A stretch of DNA of 64,000 nt from Octopus bimaculoides (Eukaryota), in the NCBI RefSeq assembly GCF_001194135.2, contig NC_068985.1, positions 521,231 through 585,230 on the forward strand, given 5' to 3'. This document shows positions 25,189 through 36,610 of this stretch, piece by piece. Numbering within the stretch: the stretch's first letter is position 1; each line of letters starts with the position of its first letter. The translations under genes and the position numbers were made by a program. The notes beneath the pieces are model-generated. The model had not been told where the DNA came from, did no database searches, and saw only the letters and a program-made list of their open reading frames with translations.

Positions 25189-26146
25189 ATGTGTGTGTGC
25201 GCGCGCGCGAATGTGTAGATGCATGTGTGCATGCATGTATGTGCACCGATGCGGATGTAAATGTGTAGGTATGTAATATGTATGTATGTATATATATATA
25301 TATATATAGGGCTTATGAAGGTATGCATGTATACGTATGTAGGTACATACATGCATAAAAATATGTATGTTTGCGTGTGCATCTATCTTTCTATCTATCT
25401 ATCGATACACATACATGCACACACACACACACACATATTTATGTATATATAAACATACACACACACATATATATATATATATACATATATATGCATATAC
25501 ATACATATATATATATATACACACATATATATGCATATACATATGCATATGCATACATATATATATATATATATACACACATATATATGCATATACATAC
25601 ATATATATATACATATACACACATATATATANNNNNNNNNNNNNNNNNNNNNNNNNNNNNNNNNNNNNNNNNNNNNNNNNNNNNNNNNNNNNNNNNNNNN
25701 NNNNNNNNNNNNNNNNNNNNNNNNNNNNNNNNNNNNNNNNNNNNNNNNNNNNNNNNNNNNNNNNNNNNNNNNNNNNNNNNNNNNNNNNNNNNNNNNNNNN
25801 NNNNNNNNNNNNNNNNNNNNNNNNNNNNNNNNNNNNNNNNNNNNNNNNNNNNNNNNNNNNNNNNNNNNNNNNNNNNNNNNNNNNNNNNNNNNNNNNNNNN
25901 NNNNNNNNNNNNNNNNNNNNNNNNNNNNNNNNNNNNNNNNNNNNNNNNNNNNNNNNNNNNNNNNNNNNNNNNNNNNNNNNNNNNNNNNNNNNNNNNNNNN
26001 NNNNNNNNNNNNNNNNNNNNNNNNNNNNNNNNNNNNNNNNNNNNNNNNNNNNNNNNNNNNNNNNNNNNNNNNNNNNNNNNNNNNNNNNNNNNNNNNNNNN
26101 NNNNNNNNNNNNNNNNNNNNNNNNNNNNNNNNNNNNNNNNNNNNNN

Positions 26147-26189
<43 letters not shown>

Positions 26190-26193
26190 TACA

Positions 26194-26592
26194 CAGGGAG
26201 TTCAAAAAGTCACTCCGTGGTGAATTTTTTGGTGAACGGATTATTTTGAAGGGACTTTGACCACCAAGATCACCTGATTTAACACCACCAGACTTTTTTT
26301 TTTCTGGAGAGCAAGTAATGGATCAGTTGTACAAGAATCGCTCGAAAACCATTAATGAGTGAAAAGACGAAATCACAACCTTCACCCGGTGCCTACTGCA
26401 CCAGACTCTTCAAACATGTGCAGACGAGTCAACTGATGTATTGAAAATGAAGGACGACGCTTTCAACTCCTCTTATAAAGTTTTTTAAAGTCTTGTAAAG
26501 TCTGATGTATTCTTATGTTGCTTCATACCATGTTATAGGTATGTTATTTTGCAATGAAATACTTACTGCGGATAGACTTTTTGAACACCCTG
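26194..26592 (+). mobile_element. Tc1/mariner-superfamily deletion derivative retaining a C-terminal transposase piece
   Basis: TIRs CAGGGAGTTCAAAAAGTC and (reverse complement) CAGGGTGTTCAAAAAGTC; internal PPRSPDLTPPDFFF motif. Confidence 0.8.
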
Positions 26593-26615
26593 TGCGCGCA
26601 CGCGCGTGTATAGAA

Positions 26616-26646
<31 letters not shown>

Positions 26647-26679
26647 CATATATATCCACATATATTCTTTTATTCTTTA

Positions 26680-27068
26680 TTCTTTTACTTGTTTCAGTCA
26701 TTCGACTGCTGCCATGCTGGAGCATCGCATTTAGTCGAACAAATCGACCCCAGGACTTATTCTTTGTAAGTCTAGTACTTATTTTATCCGTTACTTTTGC
26801 CGAACCGCTAGTGTTACCGGGACGTAAACAAACCAGCATCGGTTGCCAAGCGATGGTGGGAGGACAAACACAGAAACACAAATACATCAATACACATACA
26901 CACATATATATATATGATGGGCTTCTTTCAGTTTCCGTCTACCAAATCCACTCACAAGGCTTCGGTCGGCCCGGGACTATAGTAGAAGACATTTGCCCCA
27001 AGTGCCACGCAGTGGGTCTCAACCCGGAACTATGTGGTTGGTAAGCAAGCTTCTTACAACACAGTTAC
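26680..27068 (-). mobile_element. Bipartite tRNA-related SINE family B with an internal microsatellite
   Basis: Reverse complement aligns with 42190-42540 (AAGAAG.TTGCTT..CAACCA.ATGGTTC.GGGTT...GCCTTGTGAGTGGATTTGGTAG.C.GAAACTGAAAGAAGCC). Confidence 0.85.
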
Positions 27069-27379
27069 TNNNNNNNNNNNNNNNNNNNNNNNNNNNNNNN
27101 NNNNNNNNNNNNNNNNNNNNNNNNNNNNNNNNNNNNNNNNNNNNNNNNNNNNNNNNNNNNNNNNNNNNNNNNNNNNNNNNNNNNNNNNNNNNNNNNNNNN
27201 NNNNNNNNNNNNNNNNNNNNNNNNNNNNNNNNNNNNNNNNNNNNNNNNNNNNNNNNNNNNNNNNNNNNNNNNNNNNNNNNNNNNNNNNNNNNTATATATA
27301 TGAAAATTATAGAGGTGAACACTTTTCAAGAAACAATATATGCATATACATACATACACACACACATACATGCATATAT

Positions 27380-27860
27380 CATCATCATCATCATCAATTA
27401 ATGTCCGTTTTCCATGCTGGCATGGATTGGACGGTTTGACTGAGGTCTGGAAAGCCAGCAGCTGCACCAGGCTCCAATGTGATCTGGCAATGTTTCTACA
27501 GCTGGATGCCCTTCCTAACGCTAACCACTCTGAGAGTGTAGTGGGTGCTTTTTACGTGCCACCAGCACAAGAGTCAGTCAGGGGGTACTGGCATCGGCCA
27601 CGTTCGGTTGATGCTTTTTATGTGCCACCGGCACGGGAGCCAGTCAGGTGGGCTTGGCATTGACCAAGTTCGGATGGTGCTTTTTACATGCCACCGGCAC
27701 GGGAGCCACTCAGGGGGCACTGGCCATAGCTACGATATTGGTTTTACTTGACTCAACACGTCCTCTCAAGCATATAATATCACCTGACGCAGCAAGGGAA
27801 TTCTTAATAGGGCCAGACATGTGTTGCTGCGATCTCACTTTAGTTTCCGGGTCTTCTCAA
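27380..27860 (-). mobile_element. RTE-family 3' UTR / RTE-tail repeat with three internal tandem units of about 65 bp
   Basis: (CAT)n tail at 27380, CAGCTGGATGCCCTTCCTAAC core, and three GCTTTT..TGCCACC.GCAC..GAG.CA.TCAG units. Confidence 0.8.
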
Positions 27861-27904
<44 letters not shown>

Positions 27905-27989
27905 GAAGAATTCTATTGTCGTGAACGACAAATGAGGCTTCAGTAAAATAAAGCGCTAATCATGTTCTCTGCACACGAATGTGTCTCTT

Positions 27990-28610
27990 GAGGCCTGCTG
28001 GTGCCTTGCAAACCTTTTGGCAAATGGAACAAGTTGAGGATTCAGTTTGCTTGAGTGTTTGTGGATCATTCACAATGTGTTTTCTCGAGTGAACGCTAAG
28101 ACCTGTTTTGCTTCATGCTACAAAATCACAATGACAAATAAGGCTTCCATTTAGATGAGCAGCGTTTTGCCAGCCTGCGTTCATGCTTGCATAAAGTTGC
28201 TTTCGATTTTAGAGTCGACTTTGCTCAAATCCTGCGCTTTGAAACTTTGTCTTCTCATGAAGGAAAGAGAATGTTGTATCGCTTCAGATTGTCTTTTAGT
28301 TTGTTTTTGAAGCACAAGAATGGCTTTCTAGCTGACCTTTCAGTTGAGAATTGGCCAAAGAGAAGTTGCCTCGGAATTCTGATATCATTCATACGTGAGA
28401 GATGACCTGACCATCTAAGTTGTATTTTGATGAAGATAGCTTCAATACCTACGTTGCATTTTGTTAGTACCTCACTGTTATGAATATGGGCACTCAGTTT
28501 TATGTTGGAGATAGTACGCAAGCATCGCATCTGAACAGGGTCAAGCTGGTTGATGTGCTTTCTGTACAAAGTCCAAGATTTAGCACCATAAAGCAATGTT
28601 GTCAAATCAT
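27990..28610 (-). mobile_element. RTE-clade (BovB-like) LINE 3' fragment
   Basis: TTLLYGAKSWTLYRKHINQLD..QMRCLRTI...QLRWSGHLSRMNDIRIPRQLLFGQ, with C-terminal CHCDFVA*SKTGLSVHSRKH (C2H2-like). Confidence 0.85.
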
Positions 28611-28665
28611 GCGCCGATTTCCTGAATGGTAAAACGTAGGATTTCTTCGGTAACTCTTATAAACT

Positions 28666-28733
28666 GGGCACCAGGTAAAAGCCACTGATGAGCATTAATC
28701 AAATGTGAAATCATAGGTGATCTGGCTATGCCC
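28666..28733 (+). ncRNA. Type I hammerhead ribozyme (complete core, extended stem I)
   Basis: GGGCA-CCAGGTAAA-AGCCA-[CTGATGA]-GCAT-TAATCAA-ATGT-[GAAA]-TCA-TAGG-TGA-[TC]-TGGCT-A-TGCCC. Stem I is AGCCA/TGGCT plus GGGCA/TGCCC around an asymmetric bulge; stem II is GCAT/ATGT (G.U closing pair); stem III is ATCA/TGAT. The AUC cleavage triplet predicts a cut 3' of C28722. Confidence 0.88.
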
Positions 28734-28914
28734 CGGAAGCTGTAGGGAGCTAGCCTCCCATGTCAGTCTTAAGGTAAGTGCTTTAGTGTGGTTATGAGTT
28801 GTTTTCACTCTTATTTCTAGCAATGCTGAAGCTGACTAGTATCTTTAGTCACTTTAGTGACGTCTCTCTCTCTCCCTCTCTATTATATGCGTGTGTTTAA
28901 ATTACAGTTATGTA

Positions 28915-30180
28915 ATGCATGCTGGGTACCTGAAGAGTGGACCAAAGGAGTCCTTATTAAAGTATCAAAGAAAGATTTGAGCAACTGCCGAAACGGAGAA
29001 TAACACTTTTGTCAACACCGGGTAAAGTCCTGTGCTCAGTGTTGCTGTCCTGGTTGAAATTTACACTAGATGTAAAGCTGAGAGAGCAAAAAGCCAGATT
29101 TCGACCCAGCAGATCGTGCTGTGTGCAAATATTCACACAGCGCAACATCGTAGAACGATGCATGGAACATCAAATACCACTAATAATAAACTGCATTGAT
29201 TTCAAAAAGGCATTTTGACGGTGTGCATAGAGAAGCCCTCTGGAAGATTGCAAAAGTGTATGGAATACCAGACGATTGCATGAGTCTGCTTAGCCGTTTC
29301 TACAACAAATCAAGCTTCTGCATTGGAAGAAAATATGGATACACTGGTTTTCTTAAGATCGTCACTGGTGTATCTTTTGTCACCAATGTTGTTTCTGTTG
29401 GTCATCGATTTTGTTATGCGAATTTCACTGGTTGGATCGGCTGTAGGGACAGTGAGAGACTGGCTAACAGGCTTGCTTTTTACCAATGTCCTGTTGGCAG
29501 AGAATCGCCGAACATTACAAGAAATGACAACAAAAACGGAAAGGGAAACGGCAATAACTAGGTTGAGAATCAGCAGTCAAAGAACGAAGGCAATGCAAGT
29601 TGAGAAACAAGTAGAAAGTATATCAGTGAAAGTTGGACGAGAACCAGTTGAAGAAGTTACAAGCTTCACATATCTGGGAAGCATAGTGACAAGCAATGGC
29701 GATGCAGAGACAGATGTAAGCTGCAGAACTGGCAACGCAGTGGCAGTATTTAGAAGACAGACAACACTTTGGTGTAACAACAACATAAGTACAGAGCTGA
29801 AGATTCGTTTGTACAAAACAGCAAAACTGCCATTAGCGATCCAAGCAGCTGAGACCTGGAAGATGACAGTAAAAATCGCCCTCCAACTCAATGTATTTCA
29901 TTAACGGTGCCTCAGAAAGATCCTAAGAATCACTTATTGAGACAGAGTGTAAAATGAAGCCATTCTCCAAGCAACAAAAGTAAGGTCACTGCAGGAAATT
30001 GTAACCGAACGATGAATGAGAATGGCTGGACACACACTAAGACTGCCAGAGGAGAGGCTTGCCAAAACAGCCATGGGTTGGATGCCGCTGGAACGTAAGA
30101 ATACAAAGAGGCCGGCCAAAGATGACATGGCGTAGAACCTTCAAAGAAGACCTACGCAGACTGAACATCACCGGGGGAAA
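28915..30180 (+). mobile_element. RTE-clade LINE, 5'-truncated, RT region with stops and frameshifts
   Basis: VPEEWTKGVLIK, ITLLSTPGKVLCSVLL, INCIDFKKAF*, LLSPMLFLLVID, VEEVTSFTYLGSIVTSNG, KIRLYKT, MAGHTLRLPEERLAKTAMGW. Confidence 0.9.
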
Positions 30181-32703
30181 AGCATACTGGTCAAAAGGTA
30201 CAAAGTCCAGTATTTAAGCCCTCAGTAAAAGGATGTGTCAACCGTCTTTTCATAAAAGAATGTAGGTTTAGGTTGGTCCTGTCTTTACTTGGTGCTGTTA
30301 TTTAGGATATATTTCTAAGAAAAAGAAAAACAACAACTTGGAAATCAAAAAGTTACCATTGGGTACGTACTTTAAAATGAAGTGGGACACAAAATAATAA
30401 ATTATTGTAATTTTCAAAAGCGTTCTGTTTGCAGAATTGTAATCTCTGGTGTTTAAAACACAGAAATTCGAAATTTTCAAAATTCAAATACCCTAGTATT
30501 TCCCCGTTTTTCTCTTGACTGCTGAACGATAGTCCTCATTCAAGGTCAATGCACACAAGCACTATAACTTGAGTTGTGTTAAAAATCATAAAGAAGGTTT
30601 GCGCTTTATTTTCAAATAAAAACGGAAACGAGTTGGTCACATAATCTTTACGAAATATAAAAGCGAAAATTTTATCGTTAATTTTTCACTTAGAAAAGTA
30701 TATATTTTCTTCAAGATTTTTATAAGAAAAATTTTTCTTACGAATTCAATATAGTCACTGATAATTCTGGTCACGATGTGGTGCAAAGGCGCAAATTAAG
30801 TAAAGAGGGTGGTATACTAGCGCTACTTGCCAAACATACATTCGCGTATGGCGAGAGGTCAAACGGAACACAACCAAGGCTGTAAATATTGACTTTGAGT
30901 TAGAACTTTAAGAAATGGACATAGAAACATATTTCTACAAAAACAAAAAAGCACTACATTGAGCTTAATAAGTCTTCTAGATTCCGAACTTAGCATGGAA
31001 TCGTTGTATTGGAAATGTTGTTTATTCCTTCTCGCTGTTTTAACAAAATGTGGAGAGACACTATTCAAACCTGGCGAATATTCTTGTTTATGTAACTTTC
31101 GTTTTTCTTTGAGAAATATTGGTCAAATTCCGCCAATAAGAATTATATTGTGCAATGAATATAATTTTGTAGACTATAACAATCAGATATGATGTTTTTT
31201 TTTCTTTCTGATTTTGAATACAGTCGGGATAATTTGTGTCAGTGTTTACATATTCGTTTTGGGTCTGTCTGTCTGTCTGTCTGTCTCTCTCTGTGTCTCT
31301 CTCTCTCTCTCTCTCTCTCTCTTCCTCCTCCTAACGAGTTCGCTGCGAGTTATAGATGTTGACGCCTTTAATTTACGCTTTTAATGCTTAAAGCAAGGAA
31401 TTAGTTTTCGCATTTTGTTTGTTTTTTTAATCTAAGTCTATATGTAATTCTGAGAAAGGTATCAGGTGGTTGTGGATATGCTAGAAACAACAACTAAATT
31501 TCTCTTAAATCACATCTTTTCGTTAGAAAATATTTTCAATTTTTTTTTTTTTTTTACCAAAAAGGCTTCTCCCATCGTTTTTAAGTGCGTAGTACAAACA
31601 AAATTGACCAAAATCGGTCCGGAGGGATGGAAGTGGGTATGGGTGGAAAAAAACCATAAATTTTCCAAAATTTATTTCATGAAGAGCTTAACCTCATCCT
31701 TTCCAAGACCGTGATGCAAAAATAAATTTTAAAAAAATGGAAAAATCCTTGTAAAATAGAGAAACTCCAACTAATGTGGGATTCCTAATCCGAATCTCCG
31801 CCATTTATAGCCATCTTTAATAATCCATTAAAATTTTATTGGAATATTGTCCTATTCCAAATTCTCAGGAATTATTTAGTTCTTTACCAACTGTAAATGT
31901 GACGAAACTAAAGTTTCAGCAATTTGTACTTTATGATTTAACTAAGTCTGAAAACTCTGTGAAATTGACTGTTTTTGACAGGAAACAAAATAAGCTTTAC
32001 ATAAATATCGAAAAAAAAGTTGAAAAATTGCCTCCTTCCCCTCCCCACAAGGTTTTCTTTTCAAGAACCTTAAAACAACAGGCAACTACTATATCACCGT
32101 CCCTTTTAATTTGTGATGATTATCACTTCAGTTTCAAAGTCTTGGCGTCACAGATATGACTAATTATTCATTTAGGTTAATTAGGCAAGATTTCGACCAT
32201 TTCCTTAACCATTCAAATTATCATATTTCTTAAAATATTCTCCCAAATTTCACAAATGAGGTATCAAAATGTTTCTTTTGGATGTTCTCTAGAAAAATTA
32301 TAATAGCAATTACATATAAATATTTTCGAAAATTCAGAGTGATACCTAATGCAAGCCAGCTGAAATAACCCTTTATATTATGTTTATTGTATATTATATT
32401 TTTGTTCCCATTTTTATACATGAATATTTACACACCTTCCATAACAGCCTTGCCTTAGCATATATGTCCGGAACAAAATTAAAAAAAAATTTATAAACAA
32501 ACACCGAACAAACTTTACCTCCACAAACAAAAAGTTTAAAATCCCTTTATACTAGGACGATAGCTTAGCAGGACTAAACTTCAAAGTCACAATCACCAAC
32601 ATTCTTGTTTAAGAACAAGAAATTTGTACTCTGTAAAAGCATAGAGCAACCCATCGGGTTAATGTCGATTTTTTTAATGATAACAACATAAAAACAAACA
32701 TTA

Positions 32704-32764
<61 letters not shown>

Positions 32765-32774
32765 AATTGAAGAA

Positions 32775-33230
32775 AGAGAAAAAGTAACGTTTTTTTTTTC
32801 AGAGAGATGGCCACACTAGTCTGTAAATGATATAGGCATGTATGTGTATAGTAATACGTTGCTATGTTAGAAGGAATTAGTCTAGCGAAGAAAAAAGGGA
32901 AAAGGACAAGCTTACATTTCAAAGGTTTAAAAGTCCGATAGGGCGACGATGGAGAGTTGGAGAAGGAGAAAGATAGAAAAAGCGAGAGGGAGGGAAAGAG
33001 GAGCATAAAGGTAACTTGACAGTGACTTTTGAACCGGCAAGCTGGAAGACAAAGATGAATTAAAGACAGAGAAAAAGTGATGCTTTTTTTTTTCAGAGAG
33101 ATGGCCACACTAGTCTGTCAAAAGTGTAGGCATGTATGTGTGTAGTAATACGTTGCTATGTTAGAAGGAATTAGTCTAACGAAGAAAAAAGGACAATCTT
33201 ACATTCGAAAAAAGTTTCAAAGCCTGACAG
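32775..33230 (+). repeat. Local direct duplication (unit of about 150 bp, about 293 bp apart)
   Basis: AGAGAAAAAGT...TTTTCAGAGAGATGGCCACACTAGTCTGT...GTAATACGTTGCTATGTTAGAAGGAATTAGTCTA occurs at about 32775-32930 and 33068-33225. Confidence 0.85.
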
Positions 33231-34314
33231 CTGGATGCCCTTCCTAACACTCATAAAATATGCAAATTATTGAGCCAGTGAAAAAGTGGGTTCATTACAT
33301 CTGAGTTGATACTTCACAATCTTTATTGATCAGTGATCGGACGTATTGATGGCTGCCAGTTGTAGAACAAGAGTGAAATTGATTCCATATAAGAACGGCA
33401 GTTTGAACTTTCAAGTTCTGGTTATTCTGCTCAATATTGACAAGGACATTGTACTTTTGGCCAGGACCCTTTCCCCTCAAGCATTCCGTTGTGCTGTATC
33501 GTCATTGGTGACGAACTTCTGAATCCATAATCGACTCTGTTATCCAAAGACAGTGAAAAGGATCCAGGAAGCAGTCAGAGATAACAAAAAAAAGTCCCAG
33601 AAAATGTCCTAAGAGAAGCTGTGTGCAGCAACAAGAATTCCTTCCGGAGTTGTGTGCTGCTTGATGAGAGAACCAGAAAAATGTAGCAGAGTTTCTTCGT
33701 TGCATTTGGCTGGAATATTTATTTACATCTCATCAAATGAAAACTTACTAACTTTGCACATCCACCAATAAGATTTACTCAGGAATGGTTTCTCAAATTT
33801 CATAGACAGTCTTGATATGACCTTCTCTTCCAATATGTCTATTCAATCTAAATTCAGCCTTCTTTGTCCAACTCAGTTGTAATGGTCATCTCATTGATGC
33901 ATTTGATTTATTGGAAGCCAATTCCCATCCTTGTGCAAGTGGTTGAGTACTCCACAGACATGCATCTTCGAGACCTGCTGCCAGACCTTGATGTGAATCC
34001 ATCAGCAATTCTTTCAACTGAATCCCCATTGACTCCACTGAGTTCTGCTGATTGTATATAAAGACACTACACTTTCAGAGAATCCACCACAAATAAATAA
34101 TGTCGTGGAGAATTCATTTTTTTACAGTTCTGCCTCTCATCAAAGGAAACTAGAGTCAAGAATTTGCCTCCATGTCACTTGAGATGTGCTTGAAAGATAT
34201 GGCAACTATTGTATTCTATGGGTTTTATAATTTATGCATGTTTTCAATTTCTGGTCAAATAGTTTATAAACAAAATGTCCAGTTTTCTTGAGGTGAATCC
34301 TCCATTATTTCTTA

Positions 34315-34470
34315 CCATCATCATCATTGTTTAATGTCCACCTTCCATGCTGGCATGGGTGGGACGGTTTGATAAGAGATGGCCAGGTAGAAACCTGCAC
34401 CAGACTTCTGGAACTGTTTTGGCAGGATTTTTACAGCTGGAAGCCCTTCCTAACACAAACCACTCAGCAG
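34315..34470 (-). mobile_element. RTE-tail SINE-like repeat
   Basis: CATCATCATTGTTTAATGTCCACCTTCCATGCTGGCATGGG...CAGCTGGAAGCCCTTCCTAAC. Confidence 0.8.
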
Positions 34471-36062
34471 AGCTATTGTTGTTTCTTATGTCATTGTTAT
34501 GGGCAACATTTTATTTTACAAATATGTTTTATTTCTGCTGTTTTAGATATGTTGTTTGTTTATTATGCAATGAATTAAATAAGGCTTTGATATCAGCTTA
34601 ATAACACCGCTTGCGAAGACAATCCTTTATGTTTTAATGCAAAATTCCTATGCAAAACACTTGCGCATCAAAATATTTGATGGAAACAACAATGCAAATC
34701 TCATATTTTCATACGATGCCTTTCTAATTCCAACCAATCTAAATTGAATCCATATACTTTCTCACACCAATTGTTGTATTTAGATTAATCCTAACAACTC
34801 TCTTTTACATTGTAAACATTCCTTAAAAGTTTACCAAGAAACTAATAACCTCTCTGGAAAATGTAGTGACTTCATTAAAATACTCTCTGTATATCCAAAC
34901 TTCCTGTGGCTTAAACAGGAGTAAAGTTGTTTCACTCACCAAATTTCGTAAGTGATTGAAAGCAAAACTTCAAATGGAAGTTGCTATCCTCTGCAAAATC
35001 ACATCCCTAGCAACACTTGCACATCACTCCTGCCCCATCTGAAACAGATGGGTGAATAATTTAAACTGTCCTTTAGGTTACACTGTCAAGAGAATCTCAG
35101 CCACTACTGGGTGGAGTTTCCCTAGCAATGCATCTCTTACAAGACCATTATCCAAGCTGAAAAAGATGACTGTGTGCATCATAAAGACCTCAAGAGTCAC
35201 TCTTCTCAAACTGCAGCCTTCTATTTTTTATCCTTTGCCACCAAGTTTTCAGAATCTTCACCTCTTCCCTTTTTGAAGAATGATGGCTCTGTGGCAAAGG
35301 TCATCCTTAACATAACTAACACCACATCACAAAGACAAGCTTTTCTCTTCAGGAGTAGAAATTACTTCAGTCTGTTTTCAATTTTATTCCTTTTCTTTTT
35401 CATTCTGTTAATATTTTTGTTGACAACTTAATACATAACAGTATTTTTAACAGATTTTTTATATTTTTATAACTAGGTATTTTTATTATGAAACGATTAT
35501 ATTATTACTTCCATTTTTTAAATGCTCTTTTAGCTTTATACATTTGTATATATTATTTCATAATATATATTCTTTATTTCCCCACAAATGTTGAACATAT
35601 ATTTGCCATTTTAATGTTAATCTCCTTTTTATATCCAGATTAACTTGAAGCATTTTCTTAATCTTTCTTTCTTTTCTACTCCACTTGTTCTCATCAATCT
35701 CACCAACCAAACTTTTCTTATAAATGGAAACATCATTTAACCATAATATACTCCAACATTATATTCCATTGGTAACTTTTTGGAATTGCTGATTCCTGAC
35801 TGATGACAAACAGGCAGAACTGTTAGAACATCAGACTAAAATGTTTGGTTGTATTTGAAGTTCAAATCCCACCAAGGTCAAGTTCATCTTTCATTCTTTT
35901 GGAGTCAATAAAATAAAGTACTGCTCAACATTGAATAAACCCCTCCCCTCAAAATTTGTTGACTTCTTCCTAAATCAAAAACCATTATATGACTTTCAGG
36001 TTCATTAACACCCACATTCACATATTTCCAGTTTAAATTTAACTTAGCAATCCCATGAAATA

Positions 36063-36100
<38 letters not shown>

Positions 36101-36239
36101 ATACCGGCAACGTGTTCATTACTCCCATTAAAATATATTCTGATGCCACAAATCCAAAAGTTACCCAAAGATCTCTCCACACAATATTCTTGTGAGTATG
36201 CAACTGTAAACTTAACGGTCCCGACCATTTGTCGCGAGC

Positions 36240-36610
36240 CTCATCTTCCATACCAGTTGCCACATATATCCGATGCAGTGTATACCCCTGGCTGGCTGAT
36301 GCTCCATTGGTTATGCTGGCAAGTGTTCCAGTTGATTTGATCAATGTAATAGCCTCCTCGTGAAATTAACATGCAAGTGGCTGAGTACTCCACAGACATG
36401 CATACCCTTAATGTAGTTCTTGTGGTGATTCAGCATGACACAGAGGCTGGCCCCTTTTAATTACAGGTACAACTCAGTTTTTGCCAGCTGAGTGGACTGG
36501 GACTATGTGAAATAAAAAGTCTTGCTTAAGGGCACAACACACTGCCAGGAATTGAACTCACAACCTCACGATCATGAGTCAAATAATCCTAACCACCAAG
36601 CCGTGGGCCT
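36240..36610 (-). mobile_element. tRNA-derived SINE with a CORE-like central domain
   Basis: GTCTTGCTTAAGGGCACAAC...GGAATTGAACTCACAACC...TAACCACCAAGCC: antisense tRNA-like head next to a MIR/CORE-like TTGC..AAGG.CAC motif. Confidence 0.6.

Noticed and set aside
28925-28965. CTGAAGA followed by a GGAC/GTCC hairpin
   Set aside because: No GAAA after the stem; it is RTE coding sequence (VPEEWTKGV).
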